Shown piece by piece: positions 39,696-49,475 of a stretch of DNA of 64,000 bases (positions within the stretch are counted from its first letter, which is position 1; each line of letters begins with the position of its first letter). The notes below the pieces were generated by a model. The model worked only from the letters and a program-made list of their open reading frames with translations, had not been told where the DNA came from and made no database searches. The stretch spans positions 66,366 to 130,365 of the forward strand of contig CAZEKF010000001.1 of assembly GCA_964512765.1 (NCBI GenBank). The letters run 5' to 3'. Origin of the DNA: an uncultured Methanosarcinales archaeon. GTDB lineage: Archaea > Nanobdellota > Nanobdellia > Woesearchaeales > GW2011-AR15. Both the position numbers and the translations under genes were made by a program.

Positions 39696-39900
39696 TGTGA
39701 TTTTTTTAATGCATGATTTATATCTTTAATAATGTCTTTTGAATGTTCAATCCCTATTGACAATCTAATTAATTCAGGTTTTATTCCACCAAATATCAAG
39801 TGTTCTTCAGTTAACTGACTGTGTGTTGTTGGATCTGGCCTTTGGCCAGCGTGTACAAATTTTGTTTGAATATCTAATTTTTTATTTTTTTAGTAGACAT
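39692..39900 (-). pseudogene. metY: Remnant of O-acetylhomoserine sulfhydrylase/cystathionine gamma-synthase (MetY/MetB family): frameshift plus large in-frame internal deletion
   Basis: Translation gives MSTKKIKN*, then (after a frameshift in an A-run) TKFVHAGQRPDPTTHSQLTEE (Cys/Met-metabolism PLP-enzyme N-terminus) fused directly to GGIKPELIRLSIGIEHSKDIIKDINHALKK (family C-terminus). Its TGA stop overlaps the metA ATG (ATGA). Confidence 0.5.
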
Positions 39901-40063
39901 ATTAATCACCTTTAATATTTTTTAAAGAAATTAAGAAAATCACTGAATGCTTCAACACATCATTAACATTTTAGAATTTATTAAACAGTAATTAAGCATT
40001 TTTACCTAGAAATCCCTTAATGATTTATAAAATATTTTGAAAAAATAATTCTAATAAGAATAA

Positions 40064-40342
40064 TTATCCAATAGCTCTTCTAACATCTGTTATTTCAACA
40101 GAATTAACTCCTTCAATACTATTAACGTCTTCTTCTAAAGGATCAGTTGCACCTTTAGCTTCATCCATAACAAACAATATTTTCACTGCTTTTAGACCAA
40201 AAGCAACAGGTTCTTGTTCAGTTTTATAATTGTCCATTTCTGTGAAAGACTTAATTTTGTCAAGAGCTTCTGATTCAACTTTTGCTAAGTCAATTTCAGG
40301 AGAATCAGGCATTATTTTCATAGTTACTACAACGTCTGCCAT
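40064..40342 (-). CDS. ef1b: Elongation factor 1-beta (aEF-1beta)
   Basis: MADVVVTMKIMPDSPEIDL...AFGLKAVKILFVMDE is a full-length match to the archaeal EF-1beta family. 92 aa. Confidence 0.85.
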   Translation of the reverse strand: MADVVVTMKIMPDSPEIDLAKVESEALDKIKSFTEMDNYKTEQEPVAFGLKAVKILFVMDEAKGATDPLEEDVNSIEGVNSVEITDVRRAIG

Positions 40343-40391
40343 TTTGTTAAAGGGATTAAATAGAGTTATTTAAATCTATCTTTTTAAAAAG

Positions 40392-41405
40392 TTATTGGTC
40401 TAAATATGATTCCAGTTTTTTTCTTTTGTAATCCATCAGTTTAATATGTTTATTAAATAATTTTAAGTTTGGTTTTGAAGTTATTCGGATAATATATTTA
40501 GAACATTTACCATATCTGTTCATATATGTGTTTGTTAAATAAGGACCTTGAACTTTAATACCCAACTTGTTTAGAAGTAGCTTGTCGATTTCCAGAATGC
40601 CTGAAGGAGCAGGAGTACCATTCTTTATTAAGGATGCTTGTTCTAATGTTATCTCCCTTTTTCCAACACATCCATCGTCATTGAAAGCTTTTGCAAGAAA
40701 CTCAGAAATTAATTCTTTGTCATCAATTTTTTCTAGGAAACTGAATGGTTGAAAATGGATTTTTATTTTGTATCCAGGAGTATAACCTATGGAGATCATT
40801 ATCTCACCTACTATGGTTGGCAAAGTTATGCGATAGATACCTTTTTTGTCTTTTTTAATTTCTCTTTTAAATTTCCCAAATAATATTTGAGAGTCACTAA
40901 GAAATTCCGAACATTCAGGTTTTGATTTATTTACATATCTAGGTTGTTTGTTGTCTTTTCCAATGCAACCGTCATGATAAAGATGACTTAAAAATCTCAT
41001 ACCTTCTTTTGTATTGAAACTTATGGGAAAAACAGGATAATATATTTTTTGTGAATGAGAACCACCACTTTTTATATAATATATGTTTTTTTCTAAATTC
41101 AATAATGTGAAAGTACCACATCCCGCATTTACCAAAAGATTCGATATCTTCTGAAGATTTGATAATGAAAAAGGGACTCTTGTGAATTGATCCCAAAGTT
41201 GAGTAAAACTAATATTAGAAATCCGAGACAAGTTTGTTATTGTCTCAAAGGTGTTAAGTGCACTTTTAAATATTATTTTTTTAAGTGGAGGTTTGAACTC
41301 AACATAAATGGATTCCGTATTGTTCAAATTTAAGGAGCTTTTCAAATCTCTTAAATGATATGTTCCCTTTTTTGTTGATCTTTTACTCTTTTTTCCAAAT
41401 TTCAT
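40392..41405 (-). mobile_element. Free-standing double-motif LAGLIDADG-type homing endonuclease gene (putative)
   Basis: Two LAGLIDADG-like motifs (LSHLYHDGCIGKD and LAKAFNDDGCVGKRE) about 100 aa apart. Basic C-terminal tail. Inserted between a Zn-ribbon gene and EF-1beta. Confidence 0.5.
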
Positions 41406-41458
41406 TTGAATCTTGATAAAACCCTATTCAATCTATGTAATTGTTTTTATTTATATAC

Positions 41459-41498
41459 TTCACACAAGAATGTCCAGTGGGTTTTTTGTCCAGTGGAG
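41459..41498 (-). promoter_or_regulatory. Upstream repeat element (2x GTCCAGTGG) with a TATA-like box, 5' of 40392..41405
   Basis: TTCACACAAGAATGTCCAGTGGGTTTTTTGTCCAGTGGAG. Shares a 21-mer with 37341..37361. TATATAAATAAAA lies between the repeats and the ATG. Confidence 0.4.
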
Positions 41499-41601
41499 TT
41501 ATAAAAACATAATTTGATAGTTGATTTCAACAAGAACAAAAATCAAATAAATTAGAGAAATAGAGTTATTATCAGACAAAAGTATGGGAATATGTTGTAG
41601 T

Positions 41602-41766
41602 TTAATTCGGGCCGTTAAAATTGCATGTAGGACAGGTATATTTTGCCACTGTTTTTCTACAGGTTAAACATCTAACTATTTGATATTTACCGCATTTCGG
41701 GCACATGAACTTAGCAGTGCCTTTCTGGTTAGTTATTTTTGTTTTACATGATATACATTCTTCCAT
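41602..41766 (-). CDS. Zn-ribbon RNA-binding protein (COG2888-like, translation-associated); not in the ORF track (54 aa)
   Basis: Manual translation MEECISCKTKITNQKGTAKFMCPKCGKYQIVRCLTCRKTVAKYTCPTCNFNGPN shows four CxxC pairs. This family is normally adjacent to EF-1beta. Confidence 0.65.
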   Translation of the reverse strand: MEECISCKTKITNQKGTAKFMCPKCGKYQIVRCLTCRKTVAKYTCPTCNFNGPN

Positions 41767-41816
41767 TGATCATCACTGAACTCAAGGATTAAATAAGAAT
41801 TTAAAAAACTTGTTAT

Positions 41817-42653
41817 TTATAGAGTGGTATAGTAATTTTGCATTAATAAAGCATCTTCTTCAATGTTCGGACTTTCTGCGATAACACAGCCTTTTATTTT
41901 GAATTCTTTCCAGATTTTTAACAAATCTTGGTAGTTCATGTCAGATTCTTCAAGTATTAAATGATTTCTTTCGCCTTTTTCACCATAATTAATACCCGAG
42001 AGGTGAATGTGCATGTTATCCAAACCATCTTTACCGAGGTATGATTCAATATCTAGTAATATTTGTCTGAATTCATCTTCAGTGTTGTATTTACTTGTTC
42101 TAGCATGTATGTGCGAGAAATCAAAGACAGGCATTACTTTTTCAAGTTCCTGGCTCATTTTTAATAGTTCAAGGTAACTACCGAACTGTGTTGCCTTACC
42201 TGTAGTTTCTGGCCGTATCCAGACATCAATCCCTTTGTTATCCAAATTTTCTTTAATTTTCTTAATCCCTTCTTTTATATTTTCATATACTTTACTTGGC
42301 TCTTGTTTTAAATAAAAACCTGGGTGAAAACATAATGACCAACCACCACACTCATGTAAGATTTCAGCAGATTTTTCAATCCTGTGCATGCTTGCATATT
42401 TTTTTGCAGGTTCAATTGCATTCAGGTTAATGTAATAAGGAGCATGGCAGGTTAAGAAAATGTTTTCTTTCTCTGCTCTTTTTTTAACTAAAGGTGCTTT
42501 TTCTTTACTTATGTTAACACTTCTTACAAACTCAAGTTCCATGCAATCCAGGCCAAGTTCTCTTACTCTTGAAATTCCGTTTGGAGTATTTGGAATTGTA
42601 GTGGATAAAGGAATGCCTGCAGTACCAAACAGTAACTTATCAGGAGATTTCAT
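41817..42653 (-). CDS. nfo: Endonuclease IV (AP endonuclease, xylose-isomerase-like TIM barrel)
   Basis: Conserved His/Glu metal ligands (HAPYYINL, HIHLSGINYGEKGERNHL). 278 aa. Confidence 0.75.
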   Translation of the reverse strand: MKSPDKLLFGTAGIPLSTTIPNTPNGISRVRELGLDCMELEFVRSVNISKEKAPLVKKRAEKENIFLTCHAPYYINLNAIEPAKKYASMHRIEKSAEILHECGGWSLCFHPGFYLKQEPSKVYENIKEGIKKIKENLDNKGIDVWIRPETTGKATQFGSYLELLKMSQELEKVMPVFDFSHIHARTSKYNTEDEFRQILLDIESYLGKDGLDNMHIHLSGINYGEKGERNHLILEESDMNYQDLLKIWKEFKIKGCVIAESPNIEEDALLMQNYYTTL

Positions 42654-42716
42654 CTAAATCAACGTAAAGAACCAATTGTTTTTATATGTTGTCTTAAATA
42701 AAAAAGAATAAAATAA

Positions 42717-44996
42717 TTAGCCGTAATAAACCGGCCTATTTTCTTTCATTTCTTTTCCGCGCGCAGCTTTAAATTGTTTAAGTAAGTCTTTATACGCTTC
42801 AGCAACGTCTTTTGTCACGCTCGGAGAAACTTTTTTCAAAGCATCTTCAAAATGTTTTTTATTGATCTTTTTAGCATCCATGTCTTTTCGTAATGCTAGC
42901 ATTGCAGATTCTCTGCATACTGCTTCAATGTCCGCGCCAACGTAACCATCTGTTTCTTTAGCAAGTTCTTTGATTTTCACATCTTTTGTTATTGGCATGC
43001 CTTTTATATGGATTTTAAAGATTTCTTCACGCGCTTTTTCAGTCGGTGCGGGAACTAAAACAATCCTGTCAAACCTACCAGGACGTAATAGTGCAGTGTC
43101 TACAATGTCTGGCCTGTTAGTTGCTGCTAATATCACAATATCGTCAAGTTCTATTAACCCGTCCATTTCTGTCAGTAGCTGGTTAACAACTCTTTCTGTC
43201 ACATGACTATCTGAACCAGCACCTCTTCTTGGAGCTAATGAATCAATTTCATCAAAGAAGATGATCGTTGGACTTGTTTGTCTAGCTTTCTCAAATATTT
43301 TTCTGACAGCTTTTTCAGATTCACCGACCCATTTACTTAACAGTTCAGGGCCTTTAACTAATATGAAATTAGATTTGCTTTCATTAGCAACAGCTTTCGC
43401 TAATAGTGTTTTACCAGAACCTGGAGGTCCGTATAACAAAATACCTTTTGGAGGTTTAATACCCATCCTTGTAAAGATTTGTGGATGTTTCAATGGCCAT
43501 TCAACAGCTTCTACTAATTCTTGCCTTACAGTATCAAGACCGCCAATATCGCCCCATTTTACATTAGGAACTTCAATCAAAACTTCTCGTAACGCACTCG
43601 GTCTCACGACTTTCAAAGCTTCAATAAAATCTTTTTTAGCTACGATTAATTTTTCAAGAACTTCCGTAGGAATAGGCTGGTCTTCTTCAAGTTTCATGTC
43701 AGGATATATACGTCTTAGTAATGTCATTGCAGCTTCTTTTGCTAATGCAGATAAGTCTGCACCAACAAAACCATGCGTTATCTCAGCAAATTGTTTTAAA
43801 CTAACACCTTTTGATAATGGCATGTTCCTTGTATGAATTTTTAAGATGTTCAATCTTCCTTCTACATCAGGAACGCCAATTTCAAGTTCTCGGTCAAATC
43901 TACCAGGCCGTCTTAACGCAGGGTCTAACTCATTTGGAATGTTTGTTGCACCAATCACAACAACTTTCCCTCTACTTTTCAGACCGTCCATTAAAGCAAG
44001 CATCTGTGCAACTACTCTTCTCTCAACTTCTCCTCTGCTTTCTTCTCTTTTTGAAGCAATTGCATCAATTTCATCAATAAAAATTATAGATGGCGCGTTT
44101 TTCTCAGCTTCTTCAAACTTTTTTCTTAGGTTTTCTTCACTTTGACCATAATATTTTGACATAATTTCTGGACCGTTTATTAAAATGAAATTAGCATGTG
44201 TTTCATTAGCAACAGCTTTTGCAAGTAAAGTTTTACCAGTACCTGGAGGACCGTGTAACAGAACACCTTTAGGTGGCTCTATACCAAGAGCTTCAAATAT
44301 CTCAGGATGTTTTAATGGTAATTCAACCATCTCTCTTATTTTGGTAATTTCTTCTTGTAATCCTCCAATATCTTCATACGTAACTTCCAGAACTTTTTCT
44401 TCGTCAACTTCAGTTGCTTCAGGGTTAAACTTAACTGCAGTTTGTTCAGTTATTAAAACAGCTTGTTTAGGGTCTGTACTAACAACAACAAATTTCAAAT
44501 CGCCTAATCCAAAACCCATTAAACTTTCGTCTAACATGTTAAAGAAATCATCACCAAATGTTGGGTTTGAAGACATTGCAGACCGTCTTCTTTTTGTGCC
44601 GCCTAATGATACAATATCACCTTTTGTTACAGCTCTTCCTAACAATCCTTGCTTGAAAATTACAGGATTTGCTCTAATAACAATACCTTTTCTTTGAGGT
44701 GCAATCATGACTTTCTTAGCTTCAATAACATTACCTTTTTTTATTGATACAATTTCGCCAATGCCTGCTTTTGCATTCCTTCTTATAAGACCGTCCATCC
44801 TAATAATGTTTAATCCAATATCACCAGGATATGCTCTGTCTGTGATTGCAACAGTTTTTCTTTCGCCCTTAATTTCAATTATATCGCCAGGCCTTATACC
44901 GAGCTCGTGCATAAAACTACTATCAATTCTTACAATACCTTTGTTAACATCATCCTGAATTGCTTCTGCAACTTTTAATTTTAATTCTTTGACCAT
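42717..44996 (-). CDS. cdc48: CDC48/VCP-like AAA+ ATPase (two AAA domains)
   Basis: N-terminal double-psi barrel. Two GPPGTGKT Walker A motifs, DEID Walker B motifs, second region of homology. 759 aa with no intein. Confidence 0.9.
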   Translation of the reverse strand: MVKELKLKVAEAIQDDVNKGIVRIDSSFMHELGIRPGDIIEIKGERKTVAITDRAYPGDIGLNIIRMDGLIRRNAKAGIGEIVSIKKGNVIEAKKVMIAPQRKGIVIRANPVIFKQGLLGRAVTKGDIVSLGGTKRRRSAMSSNPTFGDDFFNMLDESLMGFGLGDLKFVVVSTDPKQAVLITEQTAVKFNPEATEVDEEKVLEVTYEDIGGLQEEITKIREMVELPLKHPEIFEALGIEPPKGVLLHGPPGTGKTLLAKAVANETHANFILINGPEIMSKYYGQSEENLRKKFEEAEKNAPSIIFIDEIDAIASKREESRGEVERRVVAQMLALMDGLKSRGKVVVIGATNIPNELDPALRRPGRFDRELEIGVPDVEGRLNILKIHTRNMPLSKGVSLKQFAEITHGFVGADLSALAKEAAMTLLRRIYPDMKLEEDQPIPTEVLEKLIVAKKDFIEALKVVRPSALREVLIEVPNVKWGDIGGLDTVRQELVEAVEWPLKHPQIFTRMGIKPPKGILLYGPPGSGKTLLAKAVANESKSNFILVKGPELLSKWVGESEKAVRKIFEKARQTSPTIIFFDEIDSLAPRRGAGSDSHVTERVVNQLLTEMDGLIELDDIVILAATNRPDIVDTALLRPGRFDRIVLVPAPTEKAREEIFKIHIKGMPITKDVKIKELAKETDGYVGADIEAVCRESAMLALRKDMDAKKINKKHFEDALKKVSPSVTKDVAEAYKDLLKQFKAARGKEMKENRPVYYG

Positions 44997-45091
44997 GATT
45001 AAATCACCTTTAACCTGAGATAAAACTTAAATGATAAATAAAGGTATCGGTGCATAAACTTAAATATAAAATGTTTTTTCCCTATTGAAGA

Positions 45092-46738
45092 ATGACGAAA
45101 AAGAAAAGATTAATGGATGATGCAGATCTTGATCAGTTTGTTAGAGACTGTATTCTTATATGGTATAATCGAACTGATGCACAGCCAATAACCGAAGAAC
45201 AGTCAAAAAAAATTTACAGAACAATTGGTGATATGGTTAACGCACACGAATTAGTCGCAGAGGTTTTTGAAGCTACGCAAGACATAATTCCTTTAATTGT
45301 TTATGATGAAGTACGCGTTTTAAGAAAAGAAATTGATCAGTATGATTCTCTTCTTTATGTTTTACATGGTAATTTTGATTATAGAGATGCACATCTAAGA
45401 CACGGAGATTCTTTGTTGGCTGTTTTAGCACAACACGTAGACTTGGCTACACCATACGAAACATGGAGACAACAACAAAACTTTTCTAAAGTTGATAATG
45501 TCACTGAACAACCTCAACAAGCACAAGCATTTGAAGTTGAACCAGGAGAAGAACATCACCACGTAGTACAACAATCTGTCCGAGATGAAATTCCGGTAAA
45601 TGCATCAGCAAGAGTTGAGGATATGCGTCTTGACGGTCATGCTTTACAAATACCAGGGACAGGAGTAACAGTTGCCACTCAGCTTGACCAACATCAAATT
45701 ATTGTTTCAGGAACAGCACCTAATAATTTTGTTATTCATCTACCAGGAGATCTTGGTGATAAATTACAAGACGGGTTACTTATAGTTGATACAATCGATA
45801 GGTTTTCACCTGAAATACGTCGTTTTGATTTTTTTTCAAGAGCTGAGCGAATTGCAGCTGGGCATGAAAAAGGGATAGCTACAAACTTATATCCGTCAGG
45901 ACAAGGAGCTAGTGCAACAATTACTTTTCAACAACCAGCAAACTATTTGTTAGTGCCTTTAGATGGAGATGGTGCATTAACTTGTGAACGAGGGAGATTC
46001 AAAGGATATATTGGGACATATAATTTGCGAAGATTTGAAAGAAATTTTAATATTTCTAATTTTCTTTTGGCAAACTTTAATTTTATTGTCAGTAAGTTAT
46101 CTGATCAGCCATTATTATTTGGACCTGTTCAAAAAGTGAATGTTAATGGTCAAGGATACGCAATAATTCAAGCATCTAAGGGAACTCAGACAGTTACCAT
46201 GCCTCCCCATGATGAACAAGATTTAGAATCGCCTGTTATTGCATACAAAAATGTTTTTTTCAAAGATAAAGGGTTGCCTTATAAAATTGGCATGGAAGTA
46301 ATTACTGCAGGAGGGTTAGCATCATTAGCTCTTATTTTTGGTGATAAAGCACCAGAAATAGGTAAAATGATTGGAGGATTTGCTGCAGGGTATTATGCTA
46401 CATCTGCAACGGTTGGCAAACGTACTTTTAAAAACACTTTAGTTAGTATTGTTACTGGTGTTGCTTGTGCAGCAACTACACAAATTAATTACGAACCAGT
46501 ACAAGAAGTTGTTCAAAATATTGTTGAACCTGTTTATGCGGGATTAGACGGATTATTTCTTGGGAGAATTCTATATGGAACAATATTTAATCCTATTAGG
46601 ATTAAAAACTGGGGAGAAAGAATATTTAGAATGTTATACTTGAGCAAAACCAATAATGCATTGACACAACCAGTAGCCTATACTAAAGAGAAAGTTGGTC
46701 ATGTTATAGAAGGAAGAATTGGTAGAGCTAGGGAATAA
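45092..46738 (+). CDS. Hypothetical protein with a C-terminal glycine-zipper membrane region (548 aa)
   Basis: About 400-aa soluble N-terminal region, then GxxxG-rich helices (VITAGGLASLALIFG, IGGFAAGYYATSA). Composition shift relative to the core genome. Confidence 0.3.
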   Translation: MTKKKRLMDDADLDQFVRDCILIWYNRTDAQPITEEQSKKIYRTIGDMVNAHELVAEVFEATQDIIPLIVYDEVRVLRKEIDQYDSLLYVLHGNFDYRDAHLRHGDSLLAVLAQHVDLATPYETWRQQQNFSKVDNVTEQPQQAQAFEVEPGEEHHHVVQQSVRDEIPVNASARVEDMRLDGHALQIPGTGVTVATQLDQHQIIVSGTAPNNFVIHLPGDLGDKLQDGLLIVDTIDRFSPEIRRFDFFSRAERIAAGHEKGIATNLYPSGQGASATITFQQPANYLLVPLDGDGALTCERGRFKGYIGTYNLRRFERNFNISNFLLANFNFIVSKLSDQPLLFGPVQKVNVNGQGYAIIQASKGTQTVTMPPHDEQDLESPVIAYKNVFFKDKGLPYKIGMEVITAGGLASLALIFGDKAPEIGKMIGGFAAGYYATSATVGKRTFKNTLVSIVTGVACAATTQINYEPVQEVVQNIVEPVYAGLDGLFLGRILYGTIFNPIRIKNWGERIFRMLYLSKTNNALTQPVAYTKEKVGHVIEGRIGRARE

Positions 46739-48110
46739 CCTCTTCGTAATAATCTGTTATTTTGAATGAATCAATAATTGTTGTGTTGTTTCCACTCACT
46801 TGATGAGCATTACCTATCAACGCGTTTTCATGCACGTCTATAGTTACAAAGTGATAAATACCGCATTTTGCATATTTTTGTAAAAAATTTATGCTTTGCT
46901 CATGATGACGTATTCCCCAACTACAGTCTTTTAATGGACCTCCTCCTCCGCCTGTTACAATAGTATGAATGAAGGTATTTGGAAAGATAAAAGTTTGTTC
47001 AGCACCGTTTTCGGGTTTAGTTTTATGCCCATCGTCAGGAACAGCATACCTTTCATATGAATGTAAATGACCTGAAAACACCATTGTTACATCATATTCT
47101 CTGAATAAATCTTCATAAAGATTACTTACTTTGGTAGTTTTACTCTCACCCATAGTAGCTGTATAAAACGGCATGTGCATGTATACAATAATGTTTTCTA
47201 TACCCTCCATTGATCGTGCTTGTTGAAGATGATTTTTTACCCAACCAACAGGTGTATTTCTCCAATATTCGTTTCCTTGTTCAAATGAAATAAAATATGT
47301 GTTTTTGTATCTAAAAGCATAGTTTGTTCCGTACTGAAGATCGCTTGGCGAACCAGATTCATGTGTGTTTGAAGGAGGGAACAACTTAAAATTATCTCCA
47401 AGTCCAGGGTTGCTTAGAAGAGAACTAAGAAATGACCTATATTGAAGAATTCCGTCTTGTGCTTGGTCATGGTTTCCGCTTGTTGGGAAGAAAGGTATAC
47501 CGTTTAGTTTATTTGTGAAACACTGGTTAAATCTACTGTAAGCACCGCCTGACCATCCCCAGTCCATTAAATCACCAGTATGAATTACTAAATTTGGGTT
47601 AGTCTGTGCTAACAAAGAGGGTAAACTTGATCTTTCAGCACCGCCGCATGAGTTTGTTGCATACTGTGTATCTCCAACAACGCCAAATCTAAACAAAAAT
47701 TCACCGTCTAATGATTCTGCGACTAATTTGTCCACAGGATTTCCTACCCACAACTCTAGTTTTTTTGAAGCTTCTGGTGTAGGTGTTGTCATTTGCGTAG
47801 ATGTCAATAAAATTTCTTGCGTTGGTGTCATAACATCTGTCGTTGGTGTATATACTTGAGTAGGATTTAATAGAACTTCTAAAGTAGGTGTTGTTGTAAT
47901 ATCAGATGAAACCACAGTGCCTAATGTGAAATCTGTTGAAAAAGCAATTGGGCTTGGAGTGACATAAACTTGTGCTTGGTTCTGTGATACAGATGTTGAA
48001 GAAGTTACTGTGCCATAGACCCAGCCAACAGTTACAGCACCGCCTAACAGTACAAGAGATCTTACTAAACCATTTTTCTTTTTCCTACGCCTACGTCTTC
48101 TTCTTGTCAT
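46728..48110 (-). CDS. Arg-tail signal-anchored surface protein with a calcineurin-like metallophosphatase domain; C-terminal ...EEVIP tag
   Basis: MTRRRRRRRKKK plus TM. T/P-rich stalk. Metallophosphatase motifs GDTQY, GDLMD, GNHD, MHMP, GHLHSYER. Ends DYYEEVIP. Confidence 0.7.
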   Translation of the reverse strand: MTRRRRRRRKKKNGLVRSLVLLGGAVTVGWVYGTVTSSTSVSQNQAQVYVTPSPIAFSTDFTLGTVVSSDITTTPTLEVLLNPTQVYTPTTDVMTPTQEILLTSTQMTTPTPEASKKLELWVGNPVDKLVAESLDGEFLFRFGVVGDTQYATNSCGGAERSSLPSLLAQTNPNLVIHTGDLMDWGWSGGAYSRFNQCFTNKLNGIPFFPTSGNHDQAQDGILQYRSFLSSLLSNPGLGDNFKLFPPSNTHESGSPSDLQYGTNYAFRYKNTYFISFEQGNEYWRNTPVGWVKNHLQQARSMEGIENIIVYMHMPFYTATMGESKTTKVSNLYEDLFREYDVTMVFSGHLHSYERYAVPDDGHKTKPENGAEQTFIFPNTFIHTIVTGGGGGPLKDCSWGIRHHEQSINFLQKYAKCGIYHFVTIDVHENALIGNAHQVSGNNTTIIDSFKITDYYEEVIP

Positions 48111-48116
48111 TTTTAT

Positions 48117-49469
48117 TTAAGGTATAGCTTCATCAGGATCATACTCTTCCACATTTGAAGCAACATGAACATCAGATTGTAACCTTGCAACCCAGATTTC
48201 GCTGTTTGATTTTTTCAAAGAATAACTGTGCTGCTGGTCTATCTTACCATATAGTAACCATAGTTCTTGGTTCATTCTATATATTTGATTTGCAGAATAA
48301 TGTTGGAAATTACCTTCTCCATTAAGAACCCACTTACCTGTTCTGTTCCAATTAATACCGTCACTGCTATACGTCCATTCTAAATGAACATTACCTTCAG
48401 CATGAACACGATCAACGCCTTCTCTAATGTTACGTAATTCTGGTTCATAAATCCAAAGAACACCTAAATATCCATTCTGAACTTGTGTAACTGCCATACC
48501 ATAGAAATGCGTGTCTTTTCCTTCTTTATCAATCTCACTTTGGTTTGGCACAAGCACTAGCTGTGGTTCAGACCAATTAATAAAATCATCAGATACAACT
48601 CTAGCAACAGTTCTTATTCTTACACCTTCAATATTTTCTTGTCTTTTAACATATCCAACATATTTATTTAACCTGAAATCATAGAAAAAGTTAGCAACAT
48701 CGCTCCAATTTGTATATGGGCCACCTATTTGATTAAAATCAATACCATTTGTAGATTCATATGCCATAAATCCGTTGTCTCGTTTATATACCATTAATTT
48801 CATGGTCTTTGTACCATCATAAACAACAGACGTCATGTTAGAATTTTCAAATAAAATCCGTTCGTTACTCCACTCATTACCATTACCACTTTCTACAACT
48901 CTAATGCTTGACCCAGAACCCGATGCTTTATCCCAATGAGTGAAATAAAGAAAATAGTTGTCACGATTTTCTCCTTTTGGTAAAATTCCACCATACACAT
49001 ACTCGATACCTTCAAACCTGTTTCCTTCTGTAAAAAGTATAGAATTATCTATAACTCTAACACTGTTAATCCAAGAAGCCAAATCAAACTCAAGATTACA
49101 TAAATATTCAGGAGGGCATAAAGATGCTTCTATTGTATTTTCAAGTGTAGGTGTTAAGGTTACAATTGGTGTTGAAGTTAACAACACTTTTGGTGAAGGA
49201 GTAAGTATAACCGGTTGAGTAGGATCAGACACAATAGTACCATCTGCAAAAGGTTCAGAAAAAGTAGGAATTGTCTGGTTGTTGTCAGAATGTTCTTTTG
49301 GATTATAAGGTAAGATAGCAGCTATTTGGTCAAATATTGGTTCGTTAAAATCAATCTGGCTTATTACATAACCTGTGTATAAAGAAGCTCCTCCTATTAA
49401 AGCAACTGTTCCAATAGTTTTAAGGAAATTTCCTTTTCTTTTCCTTCTTCTACGTCTTCGTCTTGCCAT
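48117..49469 (-). CDS. Arg-tail signal-anchored surface protein with a beta-propeller glycoside-hydrolase-like domain; C-terminal ...DEAIP tag
   Basis: MARRRRRRRKRK plus TM. T/P stalk. W/Y/G-rich repeated blocks typical of GH32/43/130-type propellers (the fold assignment is tentative). Ends EEYDPDEAIP. Confidence 0.4.
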   Translation of the reverse strand: MARRRRRRRKRKGNFLKTIGTVALIGGASLYTGYVISQIDFNEPIFDQIAAILPYNPKEHSDNNQTIPTFSEPFADGTIVSDPTQPVILTPSPKVLLTSTPIVTLTPTLENTIEASLCPPEYLCNLEFDLASWINSVRVIDNSILFTEGNRFEGIEYVYGGILPKGENRDNYFLYFTHWDKASGSGSSIRVVESGNGNEWSNERILFENSNMTSVVYDGTKTMKLMVYKRDNGFMAYESTNGIDFNQIGGPYTNWSDVANFFYDFRLNKYVGYVKRQENIEGVRIRTVARVVSDDFINWSEPQLVLVPNQSEIDKEGKDTHFYGMAVTQVQNGYLGVLWIYEPELRNIREGVDRVHAEGNVHLEWTYSSDGINWNRTGKWVLNGEGNFQHYSANQIYRMNQELWLLYGKIDQQHSYSLKKSNSEIWVARLQSDVHVASNVEEYDPDEAIP

Positions 49470-49475
49470 TTTTAT

